Shown piece by piece: positions 59,740 through 64,000 of a stretch of DNA of 64,000 nucleotides; positions within the stretch are counted from its first letter, which is position 1; the number at the start of each line of letters is the position of its first letter. The DNA is from Synechococcales cyanobacterium VAR_4_metabat_354 (GTDB taxonomy: Bacteria; Cyanobacteriota; Cyanobacteriia; Cyanobacteriales; Chamaesiphonaceae). The stretch lies in assembly GCA_031414775.1 (NCBI GenBank), contig JANOQI010000024.1, forward strand, positions 32,001 to 96,000, written 5' to 3'. Under the pieces are notes generated by a model, which was not told the DNA's origin, searched no databases, and saw only the letters and a program-made list of their open reading frames with translations. The position numbers and the translations under genes are program-made.

Positions 59740-61014
59740 TTATGACCATTGTTTTATAGGTTCTTTGACAAAAAGTTTATGTAGTATGAATCCGACTAGT
59801 GCCATCGTACCGAACATCAGTAGAAGTGTAGAGGACTCATAACCGCAAATCCAAATACAAGCAAGCCTCGTAGGAATTAAGATTGATGGTACCCGCGCTG
59901 AAACTTTATCCAATAACCCCATGCCTACCCCATATATAACTAATAGCGGTACGGAAAATACAAAACCAACGTTTAGCAGCGATTCCTCTAGCACTCCTAC
60001 CCCAAATGCCCATAAAGTGTCTTCAACAGGAGTTTTTGCTATATCAGCAGTCAAAGTTTGTGACGTACTAGATCCTTTAAAAGGAACTACATTACGTGGA
60101 ATATAATAAAGTAAAGTATATATATAACCGGCCATTGGGTATGGCATAATTTTAGTCCCTAGAATTTCGGTTTTTTCCATTATCGATGCTAGAACATCAC
60201 CTCTATAAAAGTCGGTTTCAACGGTCTCAGCGACTAAGATTCCAATGGAAGCAGGGGATAGCTCTTGGCTATCAGCTTTTTGCCACTTGAAAAAAGGTAG
60301 CAAAGCGGAAGCTGTTATCAAAGCTACGGCCAAAAAGATAGCTATCTTTTTGGCGGATATTTTTTTCCTAAATAAAACCATGATCAGTATTGGCAGCAAC
60401 ATATTTGTTCGTTGACCAATACCTAATGTTGATAAGATAGTCGCTAATACTAACCCCCAAGATACTAATAGCCCCATCTTGGTATTGGAGTCAGATTGTC
60501 TACTATAAAAAGCTAAAAAATGTAAGGGTAGGTACAAAAGCAAAATTAGTGGTCCCCACTTTTGGCCAAGTCTTTCTCTTACTACCCAAATTGGATCATT
60601 TTGCATCATTTCACCTAAACCAGTAACAGCAAAATAAGCAGCAATAGATATTATTAAGAAATAGAATAATGGTTTAGCCGATTTTTTAAGCTGGGCATAG
60701 TTATTATTGGTATTGTAAGCATCTTCTTTGCTAGTAAAACTAGAACCCAAATGAAATAGCCACGGACCGATTGTGATAATAATGATCTCTAGAAACATTA
60801 CCCAGTAGTTTGTATTGAAAAATGGCATAAAAAATTCATTGCCGATGTATAAACCAGTGATTTCTAGTATTAAGCCTATGTCGTAGTAAAGAATAAAGGA
60901 AATAGCTGCAAAGTGGGCAGTTTTAGGCATTATTCCTTTTTGCAAATTCGATACAAAAGGTCTGGCAGCCATAAAGTGCGAGAACAATATACCTGTAACA
61001 ATTAGTACATTCAT
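59740..61014 (-). CDS. wzy: Probable polysaccharide polymerase Wzy
   Basis: About 10-11 TM segments with a large loop, G.R and YIPR motifs, strongly AT-rich, in the same cluster as wzx. Confidence 0.7.
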   Translation of the reverse strand: MNVLIVTGILFSHFMAARPFVSNLQKGIMPKTAHFAAISFILYYDIGLILEITGLYIGNEFFMPFFNTNYWVMFLEIIIITIGPWLFHLGSSFTSKEDAYNTNNNYAQLKKSAKPLFYFLIISIAAYFAVTGLGEMMQNDPIWVVRERLGQKWGPLILLLYLPLHFLAFYSRQSDSNTKMGLLVSWGLVLATILSTLGIGQRTNMLLPILIMVLFRKKISAKKIAIFLAVALITASALLPFFKWQKADSQELSPASIGILVAETVETDFYRGDVLASIMEKTEILGTKIMPYPMAGYIYTLLYYIPRNVVPFKGSSTSQTLTADIAKTPVEDTLWAFGVGVLEESLLNVGFVFSVPLLVIYGVGMGLLDKVSARVPSILIPTRLACIWICGYESSTLLLMFGTMALVGFILHKLFVKEPIKQWS

Positions 61015-61145
61015 GAATGTTTCACCATATTTATTAAGGCTGCTGTGTGCACAAAACCACTAAGACTTGTAGTTCTCATCTAAGCAATGTACCCACCAGT
61101 CAATTAAAGATTTACTCAAATTATTAAAAATTGTGAATATCTGCA

Positions 61146-61757
61146 TCAGGAAATGATGTTATTACCAGCCTTGATATATGGCAACCTAGCGGCAGTGGCC
61201 TTAATTTGCTCTTGATTACTAACTAGCAAACCACAGACATCCCAGTCACCAGTTAAAAAGCTTTGGCGCAGTTGAGATGGCAGATCAACAGCAGCCGTGA
61301 TTTGACCGCATTGTACTTTTTGATTTTCTAGATCGATCGATACCACCACTGTTGGATCATTAGTAATAGCAGATTGCAGCTGGGCAATAATTTCGGGAGC
61401 CGCCGTGACACAGGGTAAGCCGATCGCCTGACAATTGGCAAAAAAGATGGCTGAAAAACTTTCACCAATAATCGCCTGTATCCCCCAGCGCAGGATACCT
61501 TGGGGGGCGTGTTCCCGACTGGAACCGCAGCCAAAATTCTTGTTAACTATTAGCACTTTGGCTGATTGATAGACAGGCAACTCAAAAGGATGTTGACCAA
61601 CCAGTGCTTGTCGATCGTCCGTAAAAACGTGATCGCCCAGACCATCAAAAGTTACTGACTTCAAGAACCGGGCGGGCATAATGCGATCGGTATCAATATC
61701 ATTACCTACTAACGGCAAACCGCTGCCCACAATAGATTTAATCTGTTCGTTAGCCAT
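61146..61757 (-). CDS. leuD: 3-isopropylmalate dehydratase small subunit
   Basis: DIDTDRIMPARFL and NFGCGSSREHAP. Confidence 0.96.
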   Translation of the reverse strand: MANEQIKSIVGSGLPLVGNDIDTDRIMPARFLKSVTFDGLGDHVFTDDRQALVGQHPFELPVYQSAKVLIVNKNFGCGSSREHAPQGILRWGIQAIIGESFSAIFFANCQAIGLPCVTAAPEIIAQLQSAITNDPTVVVSIDLENQKVQCGQITAAVDLPSQLRQSFLTGDWDVCGLLVSNQEQIKATAARLPYIKAGNNIIS

Positions 61758-61798
61758 TCTTGAAAACCAAAATAAAGGTGAAAGTAGCAAGACCCAAT

Positions 61799-63211
61799 TT
61801 AAACTTTTTCAATTAAATCGCGGACATCTGTAACCTGACCAGTGATCGCCGCCGCCACCACCATCGCCGGCGACATCAATAATGTCCGGCCAGACTTAGA
61901 ACCCTGACGGCCTTTAAAGTTGCGATTGGATGAAGAAGCGCTGACCTGACTGCCAACCAGCTGATCAGGATTCATTGCCAGACACATGGAGCAGCCCGCT
62001 TCGCGCCATTCAAAGCCAGCTGCGGTAAATATTTTGTCTAAGCCCTCCGCTTCAGCTTGCTTCTTGACCTGTTCTGATCCGGGCACGATCAGAGCAATAA
62101 CGCCGGGAGCTACCTGGTGGCCTTGCGCTACTTTGGCTGCTTCTCGTAAATCACTAATCCGGCCATTGGTGCAACTGCCGACAAAACAGACATCTACCTT
62201 GGTACCAGTGAGTAGTTGTCCTGGTCGCAAGTCCATGTACTGATAAGCTTCTTGGGCGCTGCCTCGCTCGGACTCAGGCAACTGTTCGAGCGTCGGAATA
62301 GTTTCATTGATGCCAATGCCCTGCCCCGGAGTAATGCCCCAGGTAACGGTGGGGGCAATGGTCGTGGCATCGATCGATACCACATCGTCATAAACCGCGT
62401 TGGCATCACTGCGTAAACTCTGCCACCAAGCTACTGATTTTTCCCAATCAGCGCTAGTGGGTGCAAATTCGCGGCCTTGCAAATAATCGTAAGTTATTTG
62501 GTCGGGGTTGAAATAGCCGCAGCGGGCACCGCCTTCGATCGCCATGTTGCAGACTGTCATCCGCTCTTCCATGTTCATCTGGTTGCAGGTGGTGCCAGCA
62601 AACTCGTAAGCGTAGCCATTCCCCCCGGAGACTCCCAGTTGGCGAATGATCTGGAGGACAACATCCTTGGCGTAGACTCCGGGCGGCAGCTGGCCATTGA
62701 CTTCGATCTTGCGCACCTTGAGCTTTTCCATGGCTAAGGATTGCGCCGCTAAGACATCTCGCACTTGACTGGTGCCAATACCAAAGGCGATCGCCCCAAA
62801 GGCTCCGTGGGTAGAGGTGTGACTGTCACCGCAGGCAATAGTCATCCCGGGTTGGGTTAAGCCCAACTCCGGGGCAATCACATGGACAATGCCTTGCTTT
62901 CCAGAACCCACATTATAGAAAAGAATACCTTGCTCAGCGGTGTTCTGCTCCAGGCGCTGCATCATTTCCTCCGCCAGGCGATCGGCAAAAGGTCGAGCCT
63001 GATTATCGGTAGGTACAATGTGATCGACGGTGGCCACGGTGCGATCGGGATACAAAACTTTCAAGCCCAATTCTTTCAACATGCCAAAAGCCTGCGGGCT
63101 AGTGACTTCATGGATGAGGTGCAAGCCGATGAATAGTTGGGTTTGACCAGAGCGCAAGGTACCCACACTATGCAAATCCCAGACCTTATCAAACAATGTC
63201 CCTTGGCTCAT
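61799..63211 (-). CDS. leuC: 3-isopropylmalate dehydratase large subunit
   Basis: [41 protein letters not shown] and [10 protein letters not shown]. Confidence 0.97.
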   Translation of the reverse strand: MSQGTLFDKVWDLHSVGTLRSGQTQLFIGLHLIHEVTSPQAFGMLKELGLKVLYPDRTVATVDHIVPTDNQARPFADRLAEEMMQRLEQNTAEQGILFYNVGSGKQGIVHVIAPELGLTQPGMTIACGDSHTSTHGAFGAIAFGIGTSQVRDVLAAQSLAMEKLKVRKIEVNGQLPPGVYAKDVVLQIIRQLGVSGGNGYAYEFAGTTCNQMNMEERMTVCNMAIEGGARCGYFNPDQITYDYLQGREFAPTSADWEKSVAWWQSLRSDANAVYDDVVSIDATTIAPTVTWGITPGQGIGINETIPTLEQLPESERGSAQEAYQYMDLRPGQLLTGTKVDVCFVGSCTNGRISDLREAAKVAQGHQVAPGVIALIVPGSEQVKKQAEAEGLDKIFTAAGFEWREAGCSMCLAMNPDQLVGSQVSASSSNRNFKGRQGSKSGRTLLMSPAMVVAAAITGQVTDVRDLIEKV

Positions 63212-63350
63212 GGTCTCTCTCTAACAGGTTGACTTAAATTGAATTAATCAGTATTGCCCATTCTAGCTATTTCTGGCACAAATCAATAGTCCCAGCAACA
63301 CACCGGAATATTGAGATAAAATCTAAATCCGAGACTGCACGAGAACTTCT

Positions 63351-63725
63351 ATGAAACCACCCCATTTACCCACAGCGATCATTTTGACTGATGCCAATAC
63401 TACTGTGAGTAAAACAATCCTCGACTGGACTCCGCAACCGGGTGATTATTTAGAACATGAGAACAGTACCTATGCGGTATTGGAACGGCGGCATCGCTAT
63501 CAATATAAATCTGGTCGGTATCGCCTCCAGGAAATTGCTTTATATGTGCAGCTGGCCACCCGTCCCACTGAACGGACGATGATTGCTGGTCAGTGGGTGA
63601 TTGGTGATGCAACTTGTATTTACAATGCTCAGTCGGAGTTGTTGCGCTGTGCTGTTTTACCGGCTGGTCCTTGTGCAGACTGTGGGTTCTATGTGTCTCA
63701 ACCTAACGTCCCGGACTCTAATTGA
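63351..63725 (+). CDS. Conserved cyanobacterial protein (DUF6464-like)
   Basis: YAVLERRHRYQ and IGDATC.YNA.SEL.RCAV.P.GPC..C. Confidence 0.78.
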   Translation: MKPPHLPTAIILTDANTTVSKTILDWTPQPGDYLEHENSTYAVLERRHRYQYKSGRYRLQEIALYVQLATRPTERTMIAGQWVIGDATCIYNAQSELLRCAVLPAGPCADCGFYVSQPNVPDSN

Positions 63726-63982
63726 TCTAAATAGATAAATTCTGGAGATTTTACCCCTGCTTCCGCCCTGATTTTGACCAATGCCGGAGATTCAAAAAAT
63801 TGCTGGGCGTGATCGATCGATATCCAAGTTGAAAAATGCACTATTTTGTTGGGGTTATCTGTATATTTTAAAACCTGATAGGCGCTCTCCCCGGCTGCTT
63901 GGCGAATACCTGCCGCATCGTCAAAAATCTTCTTCCATGACTGGTAGTCGGCAACTTCATGAATAATCAATACATATTGCAT
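63698..63982 (-). CDS. Small ABM/monooxygenase-like (dimeric alpha-beta barrel) protein
   Basis: IIHEVADY..WK..FD, R..AG and A..FFESP.L...R.EAGV..PEF pattern. Confidence 0.7.
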   Translation of the reverse strand: MQYVLIIHEVADYQSWKKIFDDAAGIRQAAGESAYQVLKYTDNPNKIVHFSTWISIDHAQQFFESPALVKIRAEAGVKSPEFIYLDQLESGTLG

Positions 63983-64000
63983 AATTTTAGCTATTTTGTA

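Noticed and set aside
1..64000. CRISPR arrays, IS elements, rRNA, tmRNA, RNase P and SRP RNA
   Set aside because: No regularly spaced repeats, transposase ORFs or recognisable signatures were found by eye. Small ncRNAs could have been missed without an Rfam search.

Overview
Core-chromosome segment of a cyanobacterium, identified by psbQ, gap2, cruA, crtD, a group 1 sigma factor and dense HIP1/CGATCG palindromes. It is gene-dense, with about 55 CDS plus tRNA-Trp and tRNA-Lys. I saw no CRISPR array, integrase, transposase or prophage. Most of it is housekeeping (gatD, rplS, cysK, recA, lnt, hslO, fbaA, ppsA, glgP, sigA, sbcC, gloA, leuCD). The most distinctive part is 46.7-61.0 kb. There a dTMP-supply module (dCMP deaminase, dUTPase, tandem-domain ThyX) runs directly into rfbB-rfbA and an AT-richer Wzx/Wzy polysaccharide locus made of two convergent arms. 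That locus includes EpsD/E/F-like glycosyltransferases and a secreted DUF4874/DUF4832 putative glycosidase. Other points: an orphan KaiB-like gene between a HetZ-family gene and glgP; near-identical LexA-type boxes at recA and sbcC; an NtcA-type promoter before glgP; two small ORFs missing from the ORF track; a tandem MFS duplication; and a break in the usual rplS-trnW-secE order. All family assignments come from motif recognition and recall, not database searches. No finding here is proven to be novel.
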